Positions 23,976-36,383 of a stretch of 64,000 bases of DNA are shown piece after piece. Position 1 is the stretch's first letter; the number at the start of each line of letters is the position of its first letter. This stretch comes from Eledone cirrhosa. Its lineage: Eukaryota. Position numbers and translations under genes: made by a program. Location of the stretch: the NCBI GenBank assembly GCA_964016885.1, contig OZ024756.1, positions 16,678,001-16,742,000 of the forward strand. The letters run 5' to 3'. The notes below the pieces were generated by a model. It was given only the letters and a program-made list of their open reading frames with translations. It was not told the DNA's origin and searched no databases.

Positions 23976-24477
23976 CTGATATCAATACTTCCTCTGTATC
24001 TCTTTCTCACTTCTTCTCATTCCCACTCTCTCTCTCTCTCTCTCTCCTTGTCTGAAAGAAATCTGCCTGAAAGACGATGGGTTCCAGCAGGTTTTAAAAA
24101 TGTCGCAGAAACCTCGTATGACAATGCTGCGCCCCTACGACACCCTCAGGAGTTACGGGTCTGTACTGTTAACCTGACCGATTCTTTGGAAAGAGAAAAC
24201 CAAGGACAACCCAGAGAGATTAAATCCTAAAATGGTCTGAATACCAATCATAGTCAGAACTCAGTGCAATGACGAAGAACTGGAGGGGCAGGGTCTCTCT
24301 ATAATATGTCGGGGAGGGGGTTATCATACCTGGAAATTACAAACTTAGGACACCCTAGTGGTGAAGGGAAGTTTTATTTGTGGAAGAAATGACGGACACG
24401 GCAAGTACCAACAGTTTAATATATATCTTTACTTCACTTCAGCAAAAAGGAAAAAATTACTTCGAATCGTAAATATA

Positions 24478-24678
24478 ATAATTTCTACTAGAGGCACAAG
24501 GCCAGCAATTTGGGGGAGGAGAAAGTCGATTATATCGAGATCCCCAGTGCATTACTGATGCTTTATTTTATCGACCTCATAACGGTGAAAGGCAATACTA
24601 ACCTCGGCGGGATATGACCGTAAAGGGCTGTAACTGTATGCTGCAAAGCGTAGTATCCAACGTTCTGCCAAGTGTTCA
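24478..24678 (-). mobile_element. Meta-like SINE, diverged
   Basis: GGCACAAGGCCAGCAAT..TTTTATCGACC..AACCTCGGCGGGAT. Confidence 0.75.
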
Positions 24679-25061
24679 GTAAAGTTTCAGTGTTGTGCAC
24701 GAATCTTTTATTTACCATGGGATGTTCGCTTAAAAGAAAAGAGACAAGTTGCAATGTACAGTGCATGGCTGGCTGGTGTAGTAGTAAACCGTTACATATC
24801 CAGGCTGTGTTATGTAGGCGAAGAAGCAGAGAACTGAGTGATGTTAGGACCACACGACAGCCTATATAATGGCCGCTAGTTATTTTACTGATAGATGACA
24901 CCAGAATATGTTATCCTTCCTATAACTGGTGCTCTAAATCCTACCATCAGGGAAATTTAACCATTGTCTTCCCAGCGAGGTCGCAGGTCACTCCGTTGAG
25001 GGCCGTGGGAAAACACGTTTTTCGCTACAGTGGTAGACCAGATCTTAAAATGGTCTGAATA

Positions 25062-25284
25062 ATGGTTTCTGGTTTAGGCACAAGGCCAACAGCGATTTTC
25101 TGGAAGGGGAAAGTCAATTAAATAGACCCTAGTGCGTTACTGGTACTTTATTTTATCGACCCTGTAAGGATGAAAAGCAAAGTTAACCTCGACGGGATTT
25201 GAACTCAGAATGCAAAGGGACGTAACTATATGCTGCAAAGCATGTTGTTCGATGCTTTACCGTTTACTGCCAATCCACGACCCT
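25062..25284 (-). mobile_element. Meta-like SINE
   Basis: Same family as 1795-1979. Confidence 0.8.
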
Positions 25285-25807
25285 TCCCTAATCATAGACA
25301 GAACGCAATATAATGGCAATGAGGGAAGGTCTCCCTAAAATCTATTTTGGGGGCTATGATATCTAGAAAAGAGGAACGATCAAGGAAATGGAAAGGTATG
25401 AAAATATAAAGGAAGAGGCTTTGTAGCCGGTAAGACACCATGAGTTGCGACCCAAGCTAAGACAATTTGAAATCTTTTCCATCATCAATTGTTAAAATAC
25501 AAGTTAAAATCATTTAGTCGTCCATTCGTAACATACGTTACGCTTTAGTTACATACATATCTACACGTAAATATATAAACAGATATAGACAACAAAGGAA
25601 GAGGCTGGTGAAACGCTATAGCGATGTGTGTCGCGTCCCTTTAGGGTTTACCGGCTACATAGCCTATTCGAAATATAAATATATGTTCACGACGTTTCTT
25701 ATTCTACGGTAAGCGGAAATAACGATTAAGAACTCATATATACAGAGAGGGAGAGAGAGATAATAGAACACACATAGAGAGAGAGAGGGAATAGAACAGA
25801 TACATAT

Positions 25808-25861
<54 letters not shown>

Positions 25862-26183
25862 CATATAGATATACAGATAGAGAGAGAAGGAAAAAAATAA
25901 GGAGCGCAGTTGGAAAGGAGAAGTAGTAAACAAGGAAAGAGGAGAATAAGAGAAGAGAGAAAAGGAGGGGGAGGAGTAGAAACGAAAAAAAAAAAGGAAG
26001 AGGAAAAGGAGGAGTAGGAGTAAGAGAAGAAAAGAAGGAGGAGAAGGAAGAGATAGAGTGTTTGTAGTATCTGATCACCATCGTCATCGTCACCTCCATC
26101 TAACTACATTGCAGCTATTATGCAGTGCTTACACATACAAGGTAGTTTCAAGCCTTTAATATATACATGCATGCGTGTGTCTG

Positions 26184-26220
<37 letters not shown>

Positions 26221-26311
26221 ATATACAAATTTTTTCGATCTATTTATACATTTCTCTCTCTGTGTGTATATGCACGTCTTTCTTCCTACTATATACGAGT
26301 ATATATACGAG

Positions 26312-26342
<31 letters not shown>

Positions 26343-26658
26343 ACACTTCTACTATATATATATATATATATTTCTATACTTTCATTTATATATATATATA
26401 TATACATACACACACATACCGATCTGTATGTGTATGTATATTTCTTCTTACATATGTGTGTGTGTGAAACATACCTTACCTAATTGCAGAGTTTTGGTTG
26501 ATCACACTGCGAGAGCAACGACCCCAACACTTGCTGATTGAAATCCTATTATATTATATTATTTATATATTTACTATTGCGATTGCTGTCATCTTTGTTA
26601 ATGTTACACTTTCATTCTTACAAACGTGTGTAATAAGGGTGGTGGTGTTTTGACTCGT

Positions 26659-26697
<39 letters not shown>

Positions 26698-26759
26698 TCC
26701 TTCGTCTCTTCCTAACTTCACCCTATTTATTCGTCTAATGTTATAAACCACACACATAT

Positions 26760-26950
26760 AACTATATTAGTGAGATTGGAGCCCCGATGGCTGAGCTTTT
26801 GCCGTTTCGACAGCTAATTCTAGACGCTGGAATTAGCTGTCGAAATGACAAGAGCTCAGCCGTCGGGCTTCGAATCTCTCTAATATAGTTGCACTCTATT
26901 ATCCCACGTATTGAGTACTCTGCTGAATAATGGTCTTACTAGTTTAAAAG
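26760..26950 (+). mobile_element. Fold-back insert, family Y-related
   Basis: Arms 26760-26820/26830-26890. GAAATGAC(AAGAGCTCA)GCCGTC half-hammerhead. Tail TTGAGTACTCT. Confidence 0.7.
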
Positions 26951-27491
26951 TGGTAAAATCCTGATATATCTATCTCTATATATTAAACGCTTAAAAAATA
27001 TCATAGCGAGTCTCGTATGTTTATTATACATATTATAGTTTAGATACATATCGTATATGCTTTCATATACACCCTTATGATATATATATATACTCATTAA
27101 CATTCTACTATTAAAACTAAATGCAGTGTCGATATGAATATCACATTGAAGCAAAGCAAAATTTGTTTTTGAGGAAAAGTGGCATCTTATATGACATTGA
27201 GTATATTTATAAATTGTTTAATTATATATATATATATATATATAAACGATTTGTAAGTATAATTATGTTTTTCCTTAAATATTATTTTTGCTTGCTATGT
27301 TCTTAATATGGATATACGATATAATTTTATACCTAAATATAGTTTGTATAAATGAAGCTCCGTAAAAATATAGCATTGAGCTGTTTAACGTATGACTGAA
27401 ATAATTTTATTTTGATTTATCTTTATATATATTTATGTAATGTTGAATAATGAAACAAATAAGGCAAGCTACAGCCGTTCCAACTTGTGTT

Positions 27492-27522
<31 letters not shown>

Positions 27523-27692
27523 CACTGTGTGGTGTAGTCCCCTGTATGTAATATGAGTTGAAAAACTTCGACTGAAGAACATCGTACTTGTAATACAACG
27601 GCAAAAGCTCTCCATAGGGATTAAATACAAAAATTAAGGGAGATAACTCTGATAATCTAATCATCCCAAAATAATATGCTTATGTATATACA

Positions 27693-27768
27693 CAGGGTAC
27701 CCTAAAATGTATACACACTTTGATTAGAATGCTGTTGAAGTGTGTATACATGCTTTTAGGACATCCTG
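27693..27768. mobile_element. Tc1/mariner-type MITE, diverged
   Basis: TIR CAGGGTACCC..TGTATACACACTT; homologous to 32941-33039. Confidence 0.7.
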
Positions 27769-27847
27769 TATATATATTTATATAATCATCATCATCACCG
27801 TTTAACGTCCATTTTCCACGCTAGCATTGGATATATATACATATATG

Positions 27848-28270
27848 TAGAAGTTCTATTTAAATTGTTGGGATACAACAAGCAAATATTTTTATAACTG
27901 ATATAAAGCACTCAAATTATTGGAGTAAAAATACGATATATTAACAAATGGAAACTATATTTATTTCATTATACATATTTCAAGGACACCAAGTTAAATT
28001 ATGGTGTGCTTTCATCAGATAAAATATAATATAGAGCAGTTTTATAAATAAATATTGACATACCCTTAAAGAATGCGACCATTTCTGTTGGAAGCTCCCG
28101 GATAGAAATGGTCGCATTCTTTAAGGGTATGTCAATATTTATTTATAAAACTGCTCTATATTATATTTTATCTGATGAAAGCACACCATAATTTAACTTG
28201 GTGTCCTTGAAATATGTATAATGAAATAAATATGGTTTTATAAATATAGTTTCCATTTGTTAATATATCG
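27848..28270. mobile_element. Fold-back hammerhead-bearing insert, family X
   Basis: Arms ~27934-28087/28103-28270. CTGATGA at 28172 and its inverse near 28012-28018. Tail on left. Confidence 0.8.
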
Positions 28271-28297
28271 TATATATACATATATATATATATATAA

Positions 28298-28441
28298 TGA
28301 AGGAAGTGTGGTAAGGAACCAGGTGGACAATAACGCACCAGAGTACTCAATACTTTGGGTAGTAGAGTGGGTAATAGGAAGTCCAGAAATAGCCGTCGAA
28401 ACGGCTTGAGCTCTGCCGTCGGGGTCTTGACCATTTTCCTA
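28298..28441. mobile_element. Family Y inverted insert
   Basis: Inverted tail followed by GAAACGGCTTGAGCTCTGCCGTCGGGGTCTTG; TA flanks. Confidence 0.75.
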
Positions 28442-28492
28442 TATATATATATGTGTGTGCATGTATACATATATCATTATTTAATATAAAAT

Positions 28493-28746
28493 AGCGGTGG
28501 ATTGGCAGTATCGGTAGAGGGTCGGACGCCATGCTTTCCAGCATAGTTACGTCCCTTTACGATCTGAGTTCAAATCCTGCCGAGGTTGACTTTGCCTTTC
28601 ATCCTTACGGGGTCGATAAAATAAAGTACCAGTAATACACTGGGTAATTGCTGGCCTTGTGCCTAAAGTAGAAACAATTATTTAATATAAAATAAAGTAC
28701 CAGTAATACACTGGGTAATTGCTGGCCTTGTGTCAAAAGTAGAACA
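28493..28746 (+). mobile_element. Meta-like SINE plus duplicated tail
   Basis: A and B boxes and Meta-like domain. Confidence 0.85.
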
Positions 28747-28924
28747 TTATTTAATATAGAAATGGCTTCTACATGACTAGAACTGTTTAATTCCTATTAA
28801 ATCACCAGGAATGCCTATATTAAATGATGTTTACACTCTATTAATGTATTGGATACCTTTTATAACTGTGGTTACCCCCAGATTTTACTTGGGATCTACA
28901 TACATACATACACACATATATATA

Positions 28925-29389
28925 ATAATTGTTTCTACTTTTGGCACAAGGCCAGCAATTATCCCAGTGTATTACTGGTACTTTATTTTATCGACCCCGT
29001 AAGGATATATAATAATTTTTTCTACTTTTGGCACAAGGCCAGCAATTAGGCAGTACATTACTGGTTCTTTATTGTATCGACCCCGTAAGGATGAAAGGCA
29101 AAGTCAACCTCGGCGGGATTTGAACTCGGATCGTAAAGGGACGTAATTATGACAGAAAGCATGGCGTCCGACCCTCCACCGATACTGCCAATTCACCGAT
29201 ATAATAATTGTTTCTACTTTTGGCACAAGGCCAGCAATTAGGCAGTACATTACTGGTTCTTTATTGTATCGACCCCGTAAGGATGAAAGGCAAAGTTAAC
29301 CTTGGCGGGATTTGAACTCAGACCGTAAAGGGACGTAACTATGCTGGAAAGCATGGCGTCCGACTCTCTACTGATACTGCCAATTCACC
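28925..29389 (-). mobile_element. Tandem Meta-like SINEs (one partial + two full)
   Basis: Three GGCACAAGGCCAGCAATT tails, two heads. Confidence 0.85.
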
Positions 29390-29619
29390 GATATAATAAT
29401 AATACTGAGATGTCATCGGATAGGACAAAAAAATTCTTCGATCGTTTTCCCATTCACTCGATGTCCTAATTAAACTAGTATCCTTAAGATATCAACCCAA
29501 ATGAAAACAGAGTTCACACTACTATGTTAAATAGTGAGAAAAGAGATTTTGTGTGGGTAGAGTGAATCTAAGGTTGCTAATATTGAGTTTTTCAATATAG
29601 ATGCTGCAAATGTGTCTGT

Positions 29620-29995
29620 CTTTCAAGGGCTTCAGTCATTATATGTTCCAGGAATACATTGAAGAGTGTTGGTGACAGAAAACATTGCTGGAACCACTCC
29701 ATTTTACTCCAAACGAGCTGGTTATATAATTTCATCCCCTTGTCTATGTTGTATTTCTTTACAGAGGTCCATAGTGCCTCATGGCACTCCTTGTTAAACC
29801 CTTTTTTTGAAATCTCTATGAAGGCATGGTTTATCACCTGTTGAGGTTCACAACATTTTACACACACAACCTGGTGATTTTAATATCAGTTCTGTGGTGT
29901 TTCTTCCTTTACAAAATCCAGCTTGTTCGTTCATGACGATGTCTTCTGTTTTCACTTGATTCAGAGACATTTTAAGCATGATTTCGCTGGCATGA
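29620..29995 (-). mobile_element. RTE RT fragment
   Basis: EQAGFCKGRNTTELI..DFKKGFN..HEALW..LSPTLFNVFLEHIMTEALE. Confidence 0.8.
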
Positions 29996-29999
29996 CGAT

Positions 30000-30245
30000 G
30001 CAAAAGTTGGTTCAAATGTGTTGGAAGACTGGAACAACCACTGTGGGATATTTTTCAACTATACGTTGAATGAAAGAGGAATGTGTTTGCTGCAATTCAC
30101 TAGCTACAATAACCTGTTGCTGGCTAACACACTGGAAGAGTACAAAGCACCTCAAAGTTGGACATGGCACACATCAAATTGACTATATATTGGTGCAAAA
30201 TTGCTTACAACCAGGTATCAACTGGGTGAAAACCAGAACCTTCCC
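30000..30245 (+). mobile_element. RTE apurinic endonuclease fragment
   Basis: NNLLLANT..WTW..QIDYILVQ..KTRTFP. Confidence 0.7.
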
Positions 30246-30809
30246 ATCACACCGTTTAACATCTATTTTCCTCATTTGCATGGATCAGACAGGTCGTCAC
30301 ATACTGAGGCTATACTCGTCAGCTGAGTACGTCTTGCTTGTATGCTTCGTTTTTGGCTTGGTTTCTATGGCTGAATGTCCTTCCTAACACCAACCACTTT
30401 TCAACATTTTATCCTTTCTCGGATACTATCACCTTACTGGATGATACTATCACCGTATTGGATGCATTTTTTGTGGACCAGCCCTAAAAAGGGAGGAGTG
30501 ACCTGTGGTTTGACAACCGACTCGTGTATCGGGATTTTAGGGCATGGGGTTAATGGTGGTAAGGAGAGCTACCATGGAGTATTAGTGGAGGGAACATGGA
30601 TGGAGTGTACAGTGATGCTGAGGGTAGCTACTAAGGTGTGAGAGTAAGGATAGTTACTAAGGAATCTAGAGGTGGGTGTAGTGATGGTGAGAATAGTTAA
30701 GGAATGATTGGGATTGGGGTGTACAGTGATGACAAGGATAGCTACTAAGAAGTGGTTGTGTGTGTGGGAGAGGGGATCATGAGGCTGGGTCAAGTAACAT
30801 TTTATACTA

Positions 30810-31145
30810 ACAGGTGGGTCTTCTCCAGTACAGCATATTACCAATTCTCAGTCTTTTGTCATCTTCATTGTGAAGTTCAGCTTCTTAAGGTTGGTTTTCA
30901 TTACCGCATTCCTATCTTCCTGGGTTTGTCTCTCTTCCTTGAGTCCCAACCATTGAGATTTCTCTGCACTTCTTTATATGTCTGTCATTTTCTATATATG
31001 TTATATATCCATTCCAACACAGTCTTCAGTCTTGCACATTTAATCCAATTTTTCTTATGCCAAGTTTTTCTCTCAGCTTACTTATGCACACTAACATTAC
31101 ACAGGTCTTCTGCAGTCAAGGCCAGTGTTTCAATACCATATAGTA
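30810..31145 (-). mobile_element. Decayed RTE 3' fragment
   Basis: Weak RPRKI/VLEKTH-like remnants on -. Confidence 0.5.
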
Positions 31146-31250
31146 CTCTCCTTCAGTCGATAAAATAAAGTACCAGTAATGCACTGGGATAATTGCTGGC
31201 CTTATGCCAAAAGTAGAAACATTATTATTATTGTTATATACATATATATA

Positions 31251-31918
31251 TTAAGACGGGGTTAAATCACCATAATTGTTTATTGCATTATATATATTTC
31301 TATTACTTTATTTCACATTGCTCCAGTTTACTCAGCTGTAGAAATGAGATGATAGGGACTATCATTCCACTGTAAAGTGGTTGTGTAGGTGCCTCGTTAA
31401 AAAGCACCCAGCACTCACTGTAAATGAGGTTGGTGTTAGGAAGGGCATCCAGCTGTAGAAATCAAGCCAGAATCAGTTCCCGTCCCACCCTTGCAAACGG
31501 AAAAGGGGACGTAAAATGATGATGATGCTGATGATTCCTATTACATGGTTATACATGTGACTTCGTCAGATGCTTATGCAATCATTGGTGCACTTGTGTC
31601 ATCATTGTGATATGCCAGTGGCCATGCACGTCCATCTAGTAGTGAAGTCCGAACTACTTTACCACTGGATGGACGTGCATATCACAGTGATGGCATAACT
31701 GCACCAATGATAACCATGTAACAGAAATATATATAATGCCATAAACAATTATGGTCATTTAACCCCGTCTTAACTACCATTATTTGATAAATGAATACTC
31801 CGTCACTCAATATCACCTACCTGAGATAAACTAGTGACATGTAGTGCTTTGGGTTGCTAGGACTTGCTTATCATCAGGAAGTTACTATGTAACAGCTAAG
31901 ATAAACCACACTCTTGTA
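31251..31918. mobile_element. Fold-back insert with hammerhead motif, interrupted by a SINE
   Basis: Arms 31251-31645/31660-31772. Minus strand GCAT-CTGACGA..GAAA-TATATA-TA-ATGC. Tail with TAGTGCTTT. Confidence 0.65.
31307..31533 (+). mobile_element. 5'-truncated RTE-tail SINE
   Basis: Family match; flanked by tt(t/c)ctattac duplication. Confidence 0.8.
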
Positions 31919-31931
31919 CAATATATATATA

Positions 31932-32542
31932 CATGGTGGCTGCCAACTCGTTTTCGAGTACGGCCACTACATTATATCCATGTAGGAGAACCCCTACTGA
32001 TGCGCTGAACAAGTGTGACTTTTTAGTCCAGCCAGCGACTTGAAAACTCTGGTACAAACATTACACTTGTGACAATTATTGACACATAGTGCTGGGCCCA
32101 TGGTACCATGTGACAACAAGTGCAGAGAGATCTCCAGATATAAAGCAATGCCTGTGCCGTGAAGCTTTTATAGTGAGCAAAAGCACTGCACAAAGCCAGT
32201 CCCACTCTCTTAACCAAGATGATATTTATCAAAAAGAAGAACAAGTCAACATCATTGGATACCATCAGGGTTGCAGGTGTTATATCAGAGTTTTCCTTCT
32301 CCTAGAATTCTGCCTTGACAAAGGCTAAGGGGTCATCTCTCCCGGTGATTTTGGATGGCCATTGACTCTTAAGAGCTCCTTTGCTCTTTGACAGGTTTTG
32401 TTTTTAGTCCTGCAGGATGTCCAAAGTCACCCTCCTCACCAAGAAACCTTGGTGGGGTTGCCAGTTTAGTCGCCAACGACCCGACCATGAGACAGGTTGT
32501 ACTGGGATACATGTTACCAGTAGCACCAACTGGTGACCTGAC
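31932..32542 (-). mobile_element. ~610-bp non-autonomous RTE-related element, copy 1 of 3
   Basis: Nearly identical, end to end, to 56751-57352 and 60820-61430. CTAGGAGAAGGAAAACTCTGA motif, recalled from RTE 5' UTRs. Confidence 0.8.
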
Positions 32543-32551
32543 ATACATATA

Positions 32552-32930
32552 TCATCATCATCATCACCGTTTTACGTCCATTCTTCCACGCTAGCATGGG
32601 TTAGACGGGTTGTCCTGTTGTGTGCAGTGTCTGGTCGGCTGACCATGCCTTGCTCATATAGGAACTGATCTGGCTTGATTTCTACAGCTGGATGCCCTTC
32701 CTAACACCAACCTCATTTACAGTGAGTGCTGGGTGCTTTTTCGTGGCGCCTACGCGTCCACTTTACAGTGTGGGCTGGGTGCTTTTTTGCCGTGGCACCT
32801 CCACGACCACCTTGCGGTGGGGTGTGTGGGGGCATATTGTCTATATGCTTCAGCATGTACCCATGGGAGGTCGGGTACTCTGTATTACTGCGTGACGCCA
32901 GAAGTCACAGCCGTGTGTCATTGTCTTTGA
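32552..32930 (-). mobile_element. RTE-tail SINE / RTE 3' remnant
   Basis: (CAT)n tail, GGATGCCCTTCCTAACACC, repeated CCACTTTACAGTGTG units. Confidence 0.65.
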
Positions 32931-32940
32931 GACATACATA

Positions 32941-33039
32941 CAGGGTGTCCCCCAAAAATGTATACACACTTCAACAGCATTCTAATAAATATTGCCTGTA
33001 CAGGTAATCAAAGTGTGTATACATTTTTGGGACACCCTG
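32941..33039. mobile_element. Tc1/mariner-type MITE (99 bp, TA TSD)
   Basis: TIR CAGGGTGTCCC..AAAATGTATACACACTT / AAGTGTGTATACATTTTTGGGACACCCTG. Confidence 0.85.
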
Positions 33040-33057
33040 TATATATATATGTATATA

Positions 33058-33209
33058 TAGGAAAATGTTCAAGACCTCGACGGCAGAGCTCAAGCCGTTT
33101 CGATCCGCTAGGTCTTGAACATTTTCCTATTACCCATTCTACTACCCTAAGTATTGGGTACTCTTGTGCGTTATGGTCCATCTGGTTCCTTACCACACTC
33201 CCTTTCGTT
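33058..33209. mobile_element. Family Y inverted insert
   Basis: TAGGAAAATGTTCAAGACC / GGTCTTGAACATTTTCCTA arms enclose the inverted stem III half; tail on +. Confidence 0.75.
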
Positions 33210-33225
33210 ATATATATATATATAT

Positions 33226-33912
33226 AAGTAGAAGAGGTATTTAATTTGTTGGAAGTCCAACAAATATAAATGTTTATAACTGATTTAGAGCACTCAACAG
33301 TTTATTGGAGTAAATATTCAATGATATTAAATAAATGGAAACTATATTTATAAAACCATATTTATTTTATTATATATATTTCAAGGGTACCAAGACACAT
33401 TGATACGCTTTCATCAGATAAAATACAAAGTTTGTTTTATAAATAGAGATGTACCCATGAAAATCATACCTTATCGGTTGGAAATTCACTGGATAGTGGA
33501 AATATATTAGGGATTTTTCAAACTGATGTGTGAATATGCAAATGAATATGTAAATAATTGAAAAACAACCGTTTATTTAAACGACTATGGAAAGAGAGAA
33601 GAAATAGGAGGAGAGGATAAAATAGTGCACTATTTTATCCTCTGCGCCTATCTCTTCTCTCTTTCCATTGTCTTTCTTATTTACATCTTCATTTGCATAT
33701 TCACACATAAGTTTGAAAAATCCCTAATATATTTCCACTATCCAGTGAATTTCCAATCGATAAGGTATGATTTTCATGGGTATGTCTCTATTTATAAAAC
33801 AAACTTTGTATTTTATCTTATGAAAGCGTATCAATGTGTTTTGGTACCCTTGAAATATATATAATAAAATAAATATGGTTTTATAAATATAGTTTCCATT
33901 TTTTTAATATTG
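33226..33912. mobile_element. Large fold-back hammerhead-bearing insert (family X-related), centre 33627/33628
   Basis: Arms ~33318-33627/33628-33912. Left arm core is intact (TCATCAG at 33411); right arm core is mutated (CTTATGA). Confidence 0.8.
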
Positions 33913-34753
33913 TGCGCATATATATATATATAACCATGTCGTTAGTGGGTGCGTATTTGCTGAGAAGGTAAATACTACTCAACTCATTCCTCCGTAAGAG
34001 ACACGTGAACAGTCTTCCCCCCCCCCCCCCTTCAACGCGTGCATTCCTATTCCTCTTTCATACCTTCTTTTGCTTCTCTGTTAAATGCAGTCTAATTATA
34101 GCTGCAACGTTGCTGACAACAGTAACACACACACACAGAGTAACTTCGATATGTATTGATTGGTCTTTTTACTCTGTATTAGCACCTGTGTGTACTTATA
34201 TACATATATCTGTGTGTGTATGGGAGAGACACACCTCTGTTTCTGTTAATCTTCCCTTCTCATTGTATGTCTTTTCTGTCTTCTTTGACTAATTTCGTCA
34301 GCTGCTTCCTGCTTAAGGGGAGATAACTCTCAAAGCTTTGTGTCACATTTTAGTGTGCATGCGCCTGCGGGCATTAGTTCGTGACGGCGTGTGGCTTAGT
34401 GGCTAGCTCACTATCATGAGAGATTTGTTGTAACTTTACTTCGTTACAGTCGACTCAACCTTTGTCACTTACTGTGTCACGCTGAATCTCCCTGAGTGCA
34501 AGTGCATGTGGAATGCTCAGCCACATGCACGTTGATTTCATTTAACTAAATGACCTCCAACACCACCACCTCCTCACCTTTAGTTCACTCTATAATATTA
34601 CCACCACCATCACCCTTTACTATATTACACACACCACCACCACTCTTACTTTACTATAATATATTACCACCACCCTTACTTCTCTATAATATATTACCAG
34701 AGAATTAACATCCTTTTTCTTCAGATTATACAAATGTTATTTTCTCTTTGCAG

Positions 34754-36234
34754 CGTTGTCAGATTGGAAAAGATCCCATGTCCTTGGTCAATGTGTCAAA
34801 GAATGTTGTGCTTGTTGCAAGGACTATATCGAAGGGGTCCCCCCAACGAAGAAAACTTGGTTTGGATTGGACACAGGCCAACATGTGGACAACTTTCGCA
34901 TCATGCTACACCGTTTGTTCTCTTTGTATTCTGACCCAGAGCTCAGTGATGTGCAACTTGTGGTTGGCAAAAAGGTCTTTCTTGTGCACAAACTCATTCT
35001 CAGCATGTGCAGTGATGTTTTCAAGACTATGTTGACAAATCCACAGTGGCCAGAATCGTACAAAGACCGCATTGTTCTCAAAGAAGAACCAGAATGTATT
35101 CAAGTGTTTCAAGACTTTATGAAATATATCTACACAGGTACCATCCATTTAACTCATGAATCGGTACTACCAGTTCTTACTTTGGCAGATAAATATGGCA
35201 TCACAGACTTGACTGAAGTCTGTGTAGATTTCATGTGCAACCACTGTATGATGACTGGATCTTCAACGACTGCTGTATCTTGGCTTCAGTATTCAGTCAT
35301 GTGCGGCCACAGAGAAGTAGAGAAATCCTGTTTGCAGTTTATTTCTATGAATTTTCAAAAAGTTATTTCAGCTCCAGATTTTTCTGCAATGTCAGTAGAC
35401 TTTCTTGTGACATTTCTGAAGAGTTCTGATCTGATAATCCATGATGAACATACATTGTTTCTTGGACTTAAGAAATGGATACTGTTGCAGTCAGAGAAAA
35501 CTGGTCATAATGAGGAATCTCTGAAACAACTGGTGCTTCAAACAATACCGTACATTCGTTTTCCACTTATTCGCCTTTCTCAGCTTCTCACAATGAAGCA
35601 GGACAAGTTTACCCAAAGGTTCAAAGCCGTCATCGATGAAAAAATCAACCATGCCATAAAATTTCATTCTGCAAAAGGAAAAGACCGATTTATCCTGGAT
35701 AGTGTCAGTGGAGAGAGCATGCAATACGAAGCTCGTAACTACACTAGTGACATTTGGAGCACGGAGCTTATGATTGAGAATTACCATGATTTGGGAGAGT
35801 ATGACGTCCGTGCTGCTTTTTTCTCCACACCAATCAGCAGCTCAGATGCTGATGAAAACTGCTGCCTAGACTGGCATGCTGACCTCTACCCAAAGGGTAT
35901 TTTATTTGGCAGTTGTATGATGATAGGCCTGCAACAGAATTTTGAAATTGAATCGTGTGCTTACAAAACTGTGCGTCTTTCAGTGAAAGCAATGTCTGAA
36001 ATGCAGCGTTACGTCCACATTACAGTCCTTACAGCAGGAATGAAAGATGGGGTTGAGTACATAAAGAGGGCAACTTCCAAAATCTGTTTCTTTGATGAAT
36101 ATTGCTTAGTACACAACATTGACTATATTCTGCCCTATATGGAACTTAATGGCTCAGATTCCAAGTACATGACTGGGCAGAATCGGGATACATTTCGTAT
36201 CATGATTATCATTAAGCCTGTTCTCAGGAGATAG
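34754..36234 (+). CDS. BTB/POZ-BACK domain protein, BTBD17-like; large (probably terminal) coding exon
   Basis: Stop-free for ~490 codons. BTB motifs SDVQLVVG..HKLILSMCSDVFKTML..FMKYIYTG..VLTLADKY. BACK motifs CLQFISMNF..SSDLIIHDEHTLF..IRFPLI. C-terminal FFSTP..W..DLYPKG as in invertebrate BTBD17-like proteins. Polypyrimidine/TGCAG acceptor ends at 34753; first in-frame ATG is at ~34903. Confidence 0.9.
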
Positions 36235-36383
36235 CATTTACAGAAAATATATTTTAAGGATTTTCATATTTGAATAGAAGTGTGGTGCTTAACTTCGGAA
36301 TTTGAAAAAAAAAAAAAATCCAGTTATTTACAGCCTTTGCCTAAATAGCACTGTATGATTTCACCCCTATTCTCTCTCTCCAT

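Noticed and set aside
32023-32594. ORFs conserved in the three 610-bp copies
   Set aside because: Conservation reflects recent copying; no domain similarity; ORF limits differ between copies.
34735-35787. Alternative-frame and antisense ORFs over the BTB exon
   Set aside because: Shadows of the real CDS, with no independent motifs.
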